A stretch of 34,381 nucleotides of DNA from positions 1 through 34,381 of the forward strand of contig CAXHJY010001733.1 of NCBI GenBank assembly GCA_964016885.1, in the 5' to 3' direction. How positions within the stretch are numbered: position 1 is the stretch's first letter; every line of letters begins with the position of its first letter. Position numbers and translations under genes: made by a program. Source of the stretch: Eledone cirrhosa. Lineage: Eukaryota. The notes under the pieces were generated by a model, which saw nothing but the letters and a program-made list of their open reading frames with translations, had not been told where the DNA came from and did not search any database. This document shows positions 14,991 to 29,429 of this stretch, one piece after another.

Positions 14991-15048
14991 ATACTATGAT
15001 CATTTCAATGACCGGGTTCCGTATGAATCCGGTGATATCATCAGGTAT
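14991..15048 (-). ncRNA. Minimal type I hammerhead ribozyme (family C)
   Basis: Same motif as 9590-9647, on the minus strand. Confidence 0.78.
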
Positions 15049-15922
15049 TCGAAATATAATACGTGAATGTAATAGGTAAAATCCATGGGGCTGAAAATCG
15101 AGACCCGAGGGCGACCGCTATTCTGTTCCTTCAAAAAGTGCTTGGAAAAATAAATTTCCCCTTCTTTCAGTAAATGAAAATACTCGGCGTGGCTTAATTC
15201 GCCATGGGGCCCGGGGCGCGGCCGTTGTTTTAACCGCCAAATAGTACCTTTAAATTACAGAACAAATCGGAACTATTATATAATTAATTGTTAAACTGTT
15301 GAACTTTAAATTTTCTAACCTCTTAATATTGAATATTGATTATTAAATTTTTTTAACTTCATCCTAGAAGTCTAAACACTGTAAAACACTGACTCCCAAT
15401 ATATCCATCTCCGCTAAGATGCGGGTCCCTGTGAAAATTTTCTCGCGCCACTCCTGGCTTGACCGTGGTCTGACATTAATATCGACCTTTCTTCCTCTTC
15501 CTTTCTATCTTCCTTCTTGTAGCCATCAACCCTTACTTTTCCACTTCTCTCTTCCCTTCCTTCTCTCCTCTCCTCCTCCCTGCAGACTTATCTTCCTTCC
15601 CCCTCTTGCTTGCCTATATCTGACCAGTAGTAGTTACCTTCCTCTTTTAGCTGACATTAACCCTGACTTCTCTTCTCTTTCTTCCCCCTTCTTCTCCTTC
15701 CTTTCTTTCTTTCTTTTACCTTGTGTCATGGGATCGACGTTAACCTATGCTCCCATCTCTTTCTGTTTTCGTTAATCTGACCGGTAGTAGCATACTATAA
15801 AATTTAGCCACGTCACTCCAGGGCGACCGGCTGAGGTTGAAGGAACAGAATAGCGGTCGCCCTCGGGTCTCGATTTTCAGCCCCATGGATTTTACCTATT
15901 ACATTCACGTATTATATTTCGA

Positions 15923-15980
15923 ATACCTGATGATATCACCGGATTCATACGGAACCCGGTCATTGAAATGATCATAGTAT
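15923..15980 (+). ncRNA. Minimal type I hammerhead ribozyme (family C)
   Basis: atac, CTGATGA 15927-15933, GAAA 15965-15968, TGATCA TA gtat, then AATAAA. Confidence 0.78.
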
Positions 15981-16039
15981 AAATAAACCTTTCAAGGATT
16001 TACACAAATCCAGCCTCCTGTCATTTCATTATACTATTA

Positions 16040-16060
16040 TTATACATATATATATGTATA

Positions 16061-16122
<62 letters not shown>

Positions 16123-16130
16123 TATGTATA

Positions 16131-16170
<40 letters not shown>

Positions 16171-16238
16171 TATGTATATATATGTATATATATATATACA
16201 TATACATATATATATATATATATACATATATATATGTA

Positions 16239-16323
<85 letters not shown>

Positions 16324-16398
16324 GTATATATATATATATAGACATATATATATATATATATATATACATATATATACATATATATGTATATATACATA

Positions 16399-16433
<35 letters not shown>

Positions 16434-16458
16434 ACATATATATACATATATATGTATA

Positions 16459-16502
<44 letters not shown>

Positions 16503-16698
16503 CATATACATATATATATACATATATATGTATATATATATACATATATATATACATATATATGTATATATATATATATATACATATATATACATATATA
16601 TGTATATATATATATATACATATATATGTACATATACATACATATATATATATGTATATATACATACATATATATATATATATCTATTTCTATAGTTA

Positions 16699-16729
<31 letters not shown>
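16040..16729. repeat. (TA)n/(TACA)/(TATG) microsatellite
   Basis: Low complexity; source of the overlapping YI ORFs. Confidence 0.95.
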
Positions 16730-16898
16730 CTGTATGTGTGAACGGATGTATTGCTACGCTTTTCGGATTCGTATTCACCCACCCAACTTGCTAGCCTACT
16801 TTCTTTGGCTTCTTAAACTATAATTAATTAACTATATATTGTGAACCAAATTATTCCCATTCATATACACTTTGCACATGTTCATCTATCCTGTCTTG

Positions 16899-17055
<157 letters not shown>

Positions 17056-18583
17056 GGATATGCATTTTTCTGATGATGACATGAAATCCAATACACATGA
17101 TTATATTCAGCGTTTTCTAGTTCAATCGGTGAATCTTCTCTGATTTGGTCCCACATTTTTGCATTGTTTGATTCGTTATTTCTACGAAAAAGTCAATTAC
17201 ATACGTTTCGAAACTTCCGTGGAGAAAATTAGATCTTGCGTTGTAATCTTTTTGAAGAAGCGTTGAACAATTTTAGATCCTTTATATGCCCAATTGTTGC
17301 TGTGAACCCTTTTGGTGTTAGGGTGTGATTGGGGGAGTTTATGGTGCTGTCTCTTCTCTCTTCTTTTTTGTTCATGTTATTCTTTCTCAATTAGCAATGC
17401 ACAGTCAATGTAATAAGTTTTAATGACATAATGAAATCAAATGTACCTTGCATCGTAAACTAGTAGTAAAAGAATTAATATCGGTGTAGTCAAATAGTCT
17501 CTTCCGGTTGAACTGCTCGGGGATTATGGCAATTTTTTAAAACGAGCCTCAGCAATTCGGGTTAAATTTATTTGCACGCAGCAAGACGAAACCGTTCCGC
17601 GCGCAGTCGTTTTGAAAAAGTACAATGCCAATATGAATATTTGCCGACTAACTCTAACAATATGGCTAACAAATCTGTTTGTCTGCGGTGTTTACACCAA
17701 TGATCGACCAAGTAGATTTGTCAAATAGGAACGAGTACCCTTCCTCGCGATGTCGCCCATCGGTGGGCGATGATTAACCTGAACACAAAATGGTGGGCGA
17801 TTGGAAATTTTTTGTGAACGATATAGAATTTTGTTCCAACACATGCTGCCTGAAAATAAGTATTCAAAGGAGATATGCAAAGAAATTGTATATACTAAAC
17901 AGGAGACTAAATTGGAATTACGAACCACTAACAGACTTTTACCAAGTATTTTTTATAAACTTTTGAAAATTTAATATCGTGGAACATTTTCCCATGTGAA
18001 AGTGGGCGATGAGGCAAAAGTAGTTTGTAACCCCTATTCTGATAGCTTTAGTTAAGGAAATCATTTAACTTAGCCGTTGGAAAAATTTGGAAACATATTC
18101 TTCCGCCAGAAAAATGTCTCAGCGACCTTATCATTTATTATTTGTATAAGTAGATGTGGGTAGAAATGGGTGTGCTGACCGCGAATTAATTTTATGAAGG
18201 GTAGGTGAGATCAGTAAATGTAGCGTAGTTAAATGTGCCTGCAGTAACTGTAACGTCTCTAGAAAAGGGTTGGGAGAATTCAGTTGATTTTAGTATGTTA
18301 CAGTATTCGCGATTGTGTGTTGGTGGCTCGGAACCAGCTTTTATATTTGCCTGTCATTCTGGGAAACCTCTCAGCGAATAGAATTACTTATTTTGTTAAT
18401 TTTTATTATTGCTGGTGTTGATATCACTAATTTACTCGATGTTAACCCCTATGGTTATAACATTATTTCTAATTTCGCCTTTACTGTCCGCAAGTTATTT
18501 GGCGCTTGTGGGCAATAGAATTTATCATCATCATTATTATTGTTTGTAGCAGCAGCAGCAGCAGCAGCAGCAGGAGCAGCAGC

Positions 18584-18626
<43 letters not shown>

Positions 18627-18872
18627 TTGTTTAGCATAACAATGATCAATCACATAAGATGTGTTCCAGCAAGGCAATCAACTGTGTTCATTAAGCACAA
18701 TCATACTCTGCCTGCTTTAATTACACAACTGTTGCAACTATATTAATGTACACCCTGATCGCTTACACGCTCATTTGCCTATTAACAAAGCATTAATTAG
18801 TAATATAAAAATATCAACGCAGAGAAAAATGCTACAACTTTTTTTTCGGCAAGCGTATATAGTATATCTTCG

Positions 18873-19150
<278 letters not shown>

Positions 19151-19169
19151 ATATATATATATATATATA

Positions 19170-19522
19170 TATAAAGAAAAAGAGATGAAATCGAAAATGC
19201 AACTGGAGTCTTATTTTTTTTTTAAATATATATATTTATTTGGTTCGTTTACCGGTTTCGCAGCTCTTCTGCTTTTCAAAAGGTGAGTTGAGATGGAGGG
19301 TCTGTGGTTTTTCTCACATGTGAGAAAAACCACAGACCCTCCATCTCAACTCACCTTTTGAAAAGCAGAAGAGCTGCGAAACCGGTAAACGAACCAAATA
19401 AATATATATATTTAAAAAAAAAATAAGACTCCAGTTGCATTTTCGATTTCATCTCTTTTTCTTTATACTTTCACTCGTGTAGGACACCTCGGTTATTTTT
19501 CATTTTGTAAAAAAAACCTCAC

Positions 19523-19530
<8 letters not shown>
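19170..19530. mobile_element. Fold-back element D: perfect ~298-bp palindrome plus ~60-bp extension
   Basis: Centre ca|tg at 19318/19319, no loop, arms span 19170-19467; each arm carries TTGAAAA GCAG aagag CTGC GAAAC CG GTA..AATAAA. Confidence 0.8.
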
Positions 19531-19555
<25 letters not shown>

Positions 19556-19708
19556 ATAATGAAATGACAGGAGGCTGGATTTGTGTAAATCCTTGAAAGG
19601 TTTATTATACTATGATCATTTCAATGACCGGGTTCAGTATGAATCCGGTGATATCATCAGGTATTCGAAATATAATACGTGAATGTAATAGATAAAATCC
19701 ATGGGGCT
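19556..19708 (-). mobile_element. Family C solo arm with HHR (19607-19664)
   Basis: Near-identical to 14940-15092, with (TA)n on both sides. Confidence 0.88.
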
Positions 19709-19789
19709 ATATATATATTTCACACATACTCCCTCCAAACATATATATATATATATATATATATATACCTGTTTGGTGTGTGTATGAGT

Positions 19790-19845
<56 letters not shown>

Positions 19846-20059
19846 GTGTATATACGATCATCTCTGTGTGTGTCCGTGTCCGAAATGAAAGTCATACCCC
19901 CTCCCCTTCCCATCTGGATCCTCTTGATACCTAGAGCTCTTTCGATTTCCATATTACATTTTGTGAAGACGTTTGACCTTCAGGGATTCTTTATTTATAT
20001 ATTGCAATCGATGATAATATTTTACAATAAACTTACTCTTGATGAAGTTTGAATAAAAT

Positions 20060-20280
20060 GGAGAATTTGAACTCTGAACGAAAAGAGCCGAATCATATAC
20101 CGCAAACATCTCGTCTAGTGCTTTAACACTTTATTTTCTTTTGCAATAAACAGGCTAGCACTGGTGCTTTATTCGTCGATACCGATAGAATGTACAGTAA
20201 TGATGAATTCGGGAAATTTGAACACATAACACAGATATAAGAAACAAATAATTCAAGTCATTTTATCTAACACTCTATAT
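20060..20280 (-). mobile_element. Degenerate SINE family 1 remnants
   Basis: gaatttgaactctgaacg..gagccgaa..taccgcaa, and a second aatttgaacacataac, resemble the reverse complement of the SINE. Confidence 0.45.
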
Positions 20281-21191
20281 ATTCTGCCAATTTGCCGCCA
20301 CGAATACACGCGCGCGCGCACACACACATACACGCACGCACGCACACACACACACACACACACACATAGATACATACATGGTGGCTGCCAACTCGTTTTT
20401 CGTGTACGGCCACTACTTTATATCCATGTAGGAGAACCCCTACCGATGCGCTGAACGAGTGTGACTTTTTAGTCCAGCCAGCGACTTGAAAACTCTGGTA
20501 CAAACACTACACTTGTGACAATTATTGACACATAGTGCTGGGCCCATGGTACCATGTGACGACAAGTGCAGAGAGATCTCCAGATATAAAGCAATGCCTG
20601 TGCCATGAAGCTTTTATAGTGAGCAAAGGCACTGCACAAAGCCAGTCCCACTCTCTTAACCAAGATGATATTTACCAAAAAGAAGAACAAGTCAACATCA
20701 TTGGATACCATCAGGGTTGCAGGTGTTATATCAGAGTTTTCCTTCTCCTAGAATTCTGCCTTGACAAAGGCTAAGGGGTCATCTCTCCCGGAATACATAC
20801 ATACATACATACATATATACAAACATGCATACATACATACATACATGCATACATACATGCATACATACATACATACATACACGCATGCATGCATGCATGC
20901 ATGCATACATACATACATACATACCAACAAACAAACTTCCTTATTTTGAAATGAAGATTTGGTGAGATTTGAGGATATTTGACTGTTTACTTATGTTTGA
21001 CATTACATAGTTTGAGCAATTACATAGATGTTCTCTCGTTGTTTCACTGCCATTCTGAATGTTATTTGAATTTTTTTGATATTTCTATCTTGTTATAACC
21101 TTTTTTCACGGCCAAAAGCCACATTCTATCGTTCTGTGCCGTCTCTAATGTTTTTCTTCATGTTAGCCCTTGTGGCCAATAAAGAAACCAA

Positions 21192-21228
<37 letters not shown>

Positions 21229-21674
21229 GTTATTACTATTATTGTTCTTAAAGTTGTTTTGATAGAACATTGCTGCTTCCTGCTTATATCTCATACAGTC
21301 GTACTATTTATATGGTTAACTACCTACACTGTTGTATGTAATTGTATGCTATTAAGTTACTCGACTGTAGCTAAATCAATGGGAATTTATAGCTAATAAG
21401 GTGCTCATCTATAATTTGTAAAACAAATCATCTTTTCACTCCTAAGTGCTCTTTGATCGGAAGGAAATCTTTATGTCTCAGCTAATGTAATACCTCTTTT
21501 ATGGCTAATAATGCACTCAGTTATATAGCCAAAGCGATTTTCTTTTATAAGTTCCCGTTGGCGTAACCAGCAAATCACAACACCGTCATTAATATTATGC
21601 TCTGCCATCATATTTGGTAATAAATTTTCACATAAAATAGTAAAACGTCATATAACAGAGTTTAGCTACATCTC

Positions 21675-21799
<125 letters not shown>

Positions 21800-22474
21800 T
21801 TGATGAGAAATCATGGACGTCATATAATTTCATAATGTAAAAGTGATAGTTGATGAAAGGAGGGAGCGCGAGAAAGAGAGAGAGGCATGGGACTTTACAT
21901 ACTTAGTTCCAATCTCGAGTGCCTTTCTAAAACTACCCAATGCGATGAATATTTACTACACTATATTGATCTACTTCACTATATCCGTTATTAAAAAGTG
22001 AGAGCGTGTGTCTTTAATATTAATTTATCATTTTGGTTTGAGAAATACTGCAAGCGTTTTCTTTCTTGGAACAGGAATTGGGTATATATTGAATAACTGT
22101 ATATTAATGTGTTCAAATTACACAAGGTTGTTCATAAATATAAGAAATGATCTTGGTTAACAAAAATGCTCTGGTTTAATTAGAATGTTCAATAGGAAGT
22201 ATTTAGATTTAACAAGTTTATTCAGAGTTCACAAAAATGTGCAATATTAACAAAAATATGAAGAATATATGTTATTCTAGTCGGAATATTATAATCATTC
22301 TGTATATACACTATTCTCATTTATGACTTGGATAATTATAACAAGTTGGGGTATCTACTGGTTTACTATTTGATGCCATGTTATACGATGCCTGTTTGTC
22401 CGTAGTATTACTATGGAGCTTTTGAGTTGTTGCACTTTTTAAACACTTTGTATAAACGATAGAAATGATCTAGG

Positions 22475-22665
22475 TGTCATCAGAAGTCAGACAAAATGAT
22501 TTGCAGCATTTAGTTCCAGCTCTTTATATTTAAAATGTCGAGTCAACTTTCACTTTCAAACTTGTGAGGTCAATAAAATAAAATGTCAATTACGTATTAG
22601 ATCGATACAATCGAATTTCCCCCTTTCCCCTAATTGCTGACATCGTGCCAATTTTAGGTTGTAGT
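22475..22665 (+). mobile_element. Degenerate SINE family 1 copy
   Basis: gcagcatttagttccagctcttta..gagtcaacttt..gtcaataaaataaa..aatcga..ccc..aattgctgacatcgtgcca. Confidence 0.55.
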
Positions 22666-22666
22666 T

Positions 22667-22726
<60 letters not shown>

Positions 22727-22734
22727 GTTATTAC

Positions 22735-23270
22735 TCTTTGAGTCTCAGTCATTGATGTTAGTTAACTGGAAAGTTTGTTGAAATGAATATCAAGCCACTA
22801 CCTGCAGCCTCAGATATTCAGGACGTATCGGAGGGTTCTTGCTGTTCCTAGCAAGCATGCCTTTTGAAGCGTTCCAAAAAGCGTGAAGGGCCAATTTTCT
22901 TTAACCATCCCTAGAAACCTTTTGAGATAGTCCCTAGTGCGCCTATGACAATCGGGATCATTTTGACTTCATGGCAGTTCCAAATCCTTTTTACCTCCCA
23001 CTTTAAGTCCTGGTATCGGTTAATTTTCTCCCTCTCCTTCTCTTGCACTCTCGTGTCGAATGGGCAGGACACATCCACAATCAGGCACGATCTTTTTTTT
23101 TTGTCCAAACCACCAGGTCAGGTCTATTGTGTTCCAGTTTCTTGTCCGTCTGTATCCTAAAATCCCACAGCACCTTCACCTGATCGTTTTCTATCACCGC
23201 CTCTGGCTTATACTCATACCACTTCTCAGAATGTGGTAAATTGTTTACTTTGCATAGGTGCCAGTGGATT
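22735..23270 (-). pseudogene. 3' end of an R4/Dong-like non-LTR retrotransposon (restriction-like endonuclease domain plus 3'UTR)
   Basis: IHWHLCK..EKWYEYKPEAVIENDQVKVLWDFRIQTDKKLEHNRPDLVV/DKKKRSCLIVDVSCPFD..EKEREKINRYQDL..IPIVIGALG..LQKACLLGTARTLRYVLNI* contains the RLE motifs RPD..D..K..Y and the GALG tail. It has a frameshift near 23109 and a stop at 22911, and is flanked by (TAA)n on both sides. Confidence 0.9.
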
Positions 23271-23519
23271 ATTATTATTATTATTAGTATTATTATTTAT
23301 TTTGTTATTTTTATATATATTGTATTTTAATATATAGTTTCATTGTTAAATTGGTTTTGTTATTGTGCATTTTCACTCAATCTTATTGTAAACACCGACT
23401 GCCCCTGTCTTTGTATTGTCCCCTACTTGTCAGCCCTTGTGGCCAATAAATGAAATCATCATTATCATTATCATCATCAGTAACATTATTATTATTATTA
23501 GTAGTATAATAGTAGTAGC

Positions 23520-23578
<59 letters not shown>

Positions 23579-24068
23579 GTTCTAATATTCTTTCAAACTC
23601 ACATGCCATTGTTACAAGGTTAATGTTATTTCAAAACTTAATTAATTCGGAGCTCAGAATTGTCACCCCCTTATCTTGACCAGATTCGATAGTCATTAGA
23701 CAATCACTCTCGGTTTTCATCTCAGTGTAAAGGTAATTTTAATTAATTGAAAATTTTCCGACAACATTAAGTAAATTAGAGCCCATATCGACTGATGTGC
23801 ATGTATGTATGTATATGCATGTGTGGGTGTGTTTGTATATATATATATATATATATATACATATGTATATATTCATATGCATGTGTTCATTGCATGAAAA
23901 AATGATGTCTTTCAATATCAACTCATTCGTAGATCATCCATGAAACAGCATTTCTTCTCGTTTAACAACTTAGTTTTTTTCTCTCTTTTCGTCCATCTTT
24001 GTTTTTCTCTTTCCGTTTTTTTTTTTAATTCTTCCAAAATTTCTATTCAGTCTTCTGCAACACAATGT

Positions 24069-24115
<47 letters not shown>

Positions 24116-24801
24116 AAGAGAAAGAGATTGTTTTTTTTCTCTTGCTTCAGAGATTGAAAGCGATATTTATGAGGTTAAGAAACTTCACATAATTTATAAT
24201 ACGGACTTTTCATATACATACACATATCCTTTAAATCTGAAAATACACGCATGCACACATATATCCCTACAGTCATTATGTTTCAAGAATCACATAAACA
24301 CACATTGGCGTACACACAATTATTCTCGCACATAATATCTCCTTTCTAACTCACTGTCTACCTACTAATTGTCTCTCTCCTTCTCTAATTCATACACACC
24401 CGAACAAACACATGTGCACTCTTACACGCCAATCTGTATCGCACAGACCCACATTGCCATAGAGTTACATTTAGAAGTAATATGATTTACCTAAGGCCGC
24501 ACCTGGTTTCCACCTGAATGATTTCATATTAGAAATTAGTCACTGCTTTTACTGTGCTGTTGTGTTGAATAATTAGCATGGTACCCGACAACAATGCCTT
24601 ACAAACTTTAGCTTATATACACCTTTCTCTCCATATATCTCTCATCTTCTTTTACCGCTCCATATTCATATATTAACATATGTACGTGTATTAAACACAC
24701 GCACACACATACACACACACCTGTCATATATATATGGTTACACAGAAGGAGCTATTCCTGCCTTTTTCTCTCACCCACTTTCGCTACCTCATTCTATATC
24801 A

Positions 24802-24960
24802 TTGCCATGCTTTGACGCATTGAGTTACGGCCCTTGCCATTCTGAGATCAAATCCCGCCGAGGTTAACTTTGCCTTTCATCCTTACAGGGTCGATAAAAT
24901 AGAGTACCAGTAATATACTGGTGTATTTGGTGGCCTTCTGCCAAAAGTAGAGACAATTAT
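24802..24960 (+). mobile_element. SINE family 1 copy
   Basis: Highly similar to 8845-9004. Confidence 0.85.
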
Positions 24961-25077
24961 ATAAAGATATATATATAAATGAGAGGTATAGAGATTGTTT
25001 TAGCGAGAAGCTAATAGTATTCTATAACATATATGCGACTATAACGTCAAGATGGGAAAAGTAGTTAACGTAAGATT

Positions 25078-25147
<70 letters not shown>

Positions 25148-25150
<3 letters not shown>

Positions 25151-25395
25151 CGGAAGAAATGTGGTAAGGATCCAGGTGCACAATTACGTACCAAAGTACT
25201 CAATACTTATGATAGTAGAGTGGGTAATAGGAACGGCTAATTCTGGACTAAATTTAGTCCAGAATTAGCCGTCGAAACGGCTTGAGCTCAGCCGTGGGGG
25301 TCCTACTCGTTCCTATTACCCACTCTACTACCCTAATTATTGAGTACTTTGGTGCGTTATGGTCCACCTGGTTCCTTACCACATTTCCTCCGTTA
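25148..25395. mobile_element. Fold-back element F palindrome
   Basis: Centre aaa|ttt at 25252/25253; the left arm has a ~38-bp deletion relative to the right arm and the 11745 copy; flanked by (TA)n. Confidence 0.85.
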
Positions 25396-26053
25396 TATAT
25401 ATGTATATATATATGTATATATATATATATGTATATATATATGCATGTATATATATATATGTATGTATATATATATATATGTATATATATATGCATGTAT
25501 ATATATATATGTATATATATGTATATATATGTATATATATATGTATATATATGTATATATATATGTATATATATATGTATATATATGTATATATATATGT
25601 ATATATATGTATATATATATATGTATATATATGTATATATATGTATATATATATATATGTATATATATGTATATATATATATATATGTATATATATATGT
25701 ATATATATGTACATATATGTATATATATGTGTAAATATATATATATGCAAATATATATATGTATATATATATGTGTAAATATATATATATATGCAAATAT
25801 ATATATATATGTATATATGTATGTGTAAATATATATATATATGCAAATATATATATATGTATATATATATATGTATATATATATATGTATATGTATATAT
25901 GTATATATATATATATGTATATATATATGTATATATATATATGCATATGTATATATGTATATATATATGTATATGTATATATGTATATATATATATACAC
26001 ACATATATATATATACACACATATATATATATATTATATATATATATGTATAT

Positions 26054-26087
<34 letters not shown>

Positions 26088-26144
26088 ATACACATATATA
26101 TATATATACACACATATATATATATATGATATATATATATGTAT

Positions 26145-26175
<31 letters not shown>

Positions 26176-26212
26176 AATACACACATATATATATATATTA
26201 TATATATATATA
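25396..26212. repeat. (TA)n/(TATG) microsatellite
   Basis: Low complexity. Confidence 0.95.
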
Positions 26213-26551
26213 AAATAATAATAATAATAATATGTGTATATCCGAATGTGTGTTTTTGTGTGTTAACAATAAGAACATGGATATTTTATGGTTAGCTTTT
26301 AGACATTTTGTAGAATTTATATTATTGTATTTACCTCTTGAAAATATTTGTTTTCAGAATATATGATAGTTCTCCTAACGAGATATATATCAGTACTTTC
26401 ATTTGTGCATTCTGTGTTCATGTGTTATTAGCAAAACGGGTATCTTAGGAAAATATATAACTACGTTAAAAATGGATACATAACACTTAAACTAAGTTAT
26501 TGCGTCTTCAGCGGTGCATATTCAATAATCTTATTATCTACATTAACATGC

Positions 26552-26586
<35 letters not shown>

Positions 26587-26673
26587 CATATATACATATA
26601 TATATATATACACATACATATATATGTATGTATATAAACATACGATTACACGAGAAGAATTTTGTAGAACTAA

Positions 26674-26779
<106 letters not shown>

Positions 26780-27213
26780 CAGTCATATCTACATAGATTT
26801 TGAGATGAAACATGTGAAAAATAAGATAAACTTAAAAGCTTGTAATAAGATTTTCATAATTTCATAATCCGCCTATTGTCATAATGGCGTCTATTACTAC
26901 TCCGCCATATTGTTTTCCTGCCATCGTTCCTATTCAGCATTGCGTTTAGCAATAACATATCTATTTGTGCGTGATTCACTGCATATCTACATCTGCGTAA
27001 CTATCATTGTCTGTTAATTTATTCTTCGTCTATATTTTCAGTTGGTTTATTTTTTACATAATTTTATTTATTTTATTTGTCTCTTCCGTAAGAGTTAATT
27101 TAATAGTTGTTGCAAAATTCAGAAGCTGTCGCCGCTGGTTGCGCTTTATACGTAAATAAAGAGTGCACACACACACACATTCATAAGTTTGTATATATGT
27201 AAATAAATATGTA

Positions 27214-27266
<53 letters not shown>

Positions 27267-27363
27267 GTGTGTGTGTTTGTGTGTATATCTATACTACATA
27301 TGTGTGTGTGTATGTATATATGTATATAAATATAGGTATATATATATATATGTGTGTGTTTGC

Positions 27364-27425
<62 letters not shown>

Positions 27426-27431
<6 letters not shown>

Positions 27432-29429
27432 ATAAATGCTCTGAAATAGCGATATATATGTGAATATAGACATAGAATATTCGAAAATATTCTGTATGTT
27501 TATAATAAACATTTTGAAGACCTAATCGCTATAGAATAGAATACGTCACGTATTACAATTAGATTCTCGATAAAAGCAAGGGAAGTAATCTACGCGTTTC
27601 ATTCTTATTAGAAATCTTCAGGACTACATATCCAGTGCTTTTATCGAGAATGACACAGCTAGAGACTTATAGAATACTTAGCTGTGTACAGGAACTGGTT
27701 TGAAAGAGCGGTTGCCGGTCCGGCAGAAATTAGAAATTGGAATAAATGCTCTGAAATAGCGATATATATGTGAATATAGACATAGAATATTCGAAAATAT
27801 TCTGTATGTTTATAATAAACATTTTGAAGACCTAATCGCTATAGAATAGAATACGTCACGTATTACAATTAGATTCTCGATAAAAGCAAGGGAAGTAATC
27901 TACGCGTTTCATTCTTATTAGAAATCTTCAGGACTACATATCCAGTGCTTTTATCGAGAATGACACAGCTAGAGACTTATAGAATACTTAGCTGTGTACA
28001 GGAACTGGTTTGAAAGAGCGGTTGCCGGTCCGGCAGAAATTAGAAATTGGAATAAATGCTCTGAAATAGCGATATATATGTGAATATAGACATAGAATAT
28101 TCGAAAATATTCTGTATGTTTATAATAAACATTTTGAAGACCTAATCGCTATAGAATAGAATACGTCACGTATTACAATTAGATTCTCGATAAAAGCAAG
28201 GGAAGTAATCTACGCGTTTCATTCTTATTAGAAATCTTCAGGACTACATATCCAGTGCTTTTATCGAGAATGACACAGCTAGAGACTTATAGAATACTTA
28301 GCTGTGTACAGGAACTGGTTTGAAAGAGCGGTTGCCGGTCCGGCAGAAATTAGAAATTGGAATAAATGCTCTGAAATAGCGATATATATGTGAATATAGA
28401 CATAGAATATTCGAAAATATTCTGTATGTTTATAATAAACATTTTGAAGACCTAATCGCTATAGAATAGAATACGTCACGTATTACAATTAGATTCTCGA
28501 TAAAAGCAAGGGAAGTAATCTACGCGTTTCATTCTTATTAGAAATCTTCAGGACTACATATCCAGTGCTTTTATCGAGAATGACACAGCTAGAGACTTAT
28601 AGAATACTTAGCTGTGTACAGGAACTGGTTTGAAAGAGCGGTTGCCGGTCCGGCAGAAATTAGAAATTGGAATAAATGCTCTGAAATAGCGATATATATG
28701 TGAATATAGACATAGAATATTCGAAAATATTCTGTATGTTTATAATAAACATTTTGAAGACCTAATCGCTATAGAATAGAATACGTCACGTATTACAATT
28801 AGATTCTCGATAAAAGCAAGGGAAGTAATCTACGCGTTTCATTCTTATTAGAAATCTTCAGGACTACATATCCAGTGCTTTTATCGAGAATGACACAGCT
28901 AGAGACTTATAGAATACTTAGCTGTGTACAGGAACTGGTTTGAAAGAGCGGTTGCCGGTCCGGCAGAAATTAGAAATTGGAATAAATGCTCTGAAATAGC
29001 GATATATATGTGAATATAGACATAGAATATTCGAAAATATTCTGTATGTTTATAATAAACATTTTGAAGACCTAATCGCTATAGAATAGAATACGTCACG
29101 TATTACAATTAGATTCTCGATAAAAGCAAGGGAAGTAATCTACGCGTTTCATTCTTATTAGAAATCTTCAGGACTACATATCCAGTGCTTTTATCGAGAA
29201 TGACACAGCTAGAGACTTATAGAATACTTAGCTGTGTACAGGAACTGGTTTGAAAGAGCGGTTGCCGGTCCGGCAGAAATTAGAAATTGGAATAAATGCT
29301 CTGAAATAGCGATATATATGTGAATATAGACATAGAATATTCGAAAATATTCTGTATGTTTATAATAAACATTTTGAAGACCTAATCGCTATAGAATAGA
29401 ATACGTCACGTATTACAATTAGATTCTCG
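27426..29429 (-). mobile_element. 310-bp HHR tandem array (retrozyme-like), block 1, ~6.5 units
   Basis: aataaatgct recurs at 27431, 27741, 28051, 28361, 28671, 28981 and 29291. Minus-strand HHRs at 27585-27627, 27895-27937, 28205-28247, 28515-28557, 28825-28867 and 29135-29177. Confidence 0.9.

Larger units (their letters stand above)
14799..16033. mobile_element. Fold-back element family C, copy 2 (longest)
   Basis: 140-bp extension, near-perfect 196-bp inverted arms 14939-15134 and 15837-16033, ~700-bp spacer with a pyrimidine-rich tract; flanked by (TA)n. Confidence 0.88.

Noticed and set aside
15419-15775. 118-aa L/F/S/P-rich ORF in the family C spacer
   Set aside because: Reflects the pyrimidine-rich tract; no RT or GIY-YIG motifs recognised
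17065-17228. CTGATGA (17070) ... GAAAC TTCC GTG as an HHR
   Set aside because: GUG is not a cleavable triplet and stems I and II are unconvincing; at best a decayed relic
20395-20790. GC-richer segment with ~80-aa ORFs on both strands
   Set aside because: No recognisable domain or splice pattern; possibly a decayed repeat, but I cannot support a call
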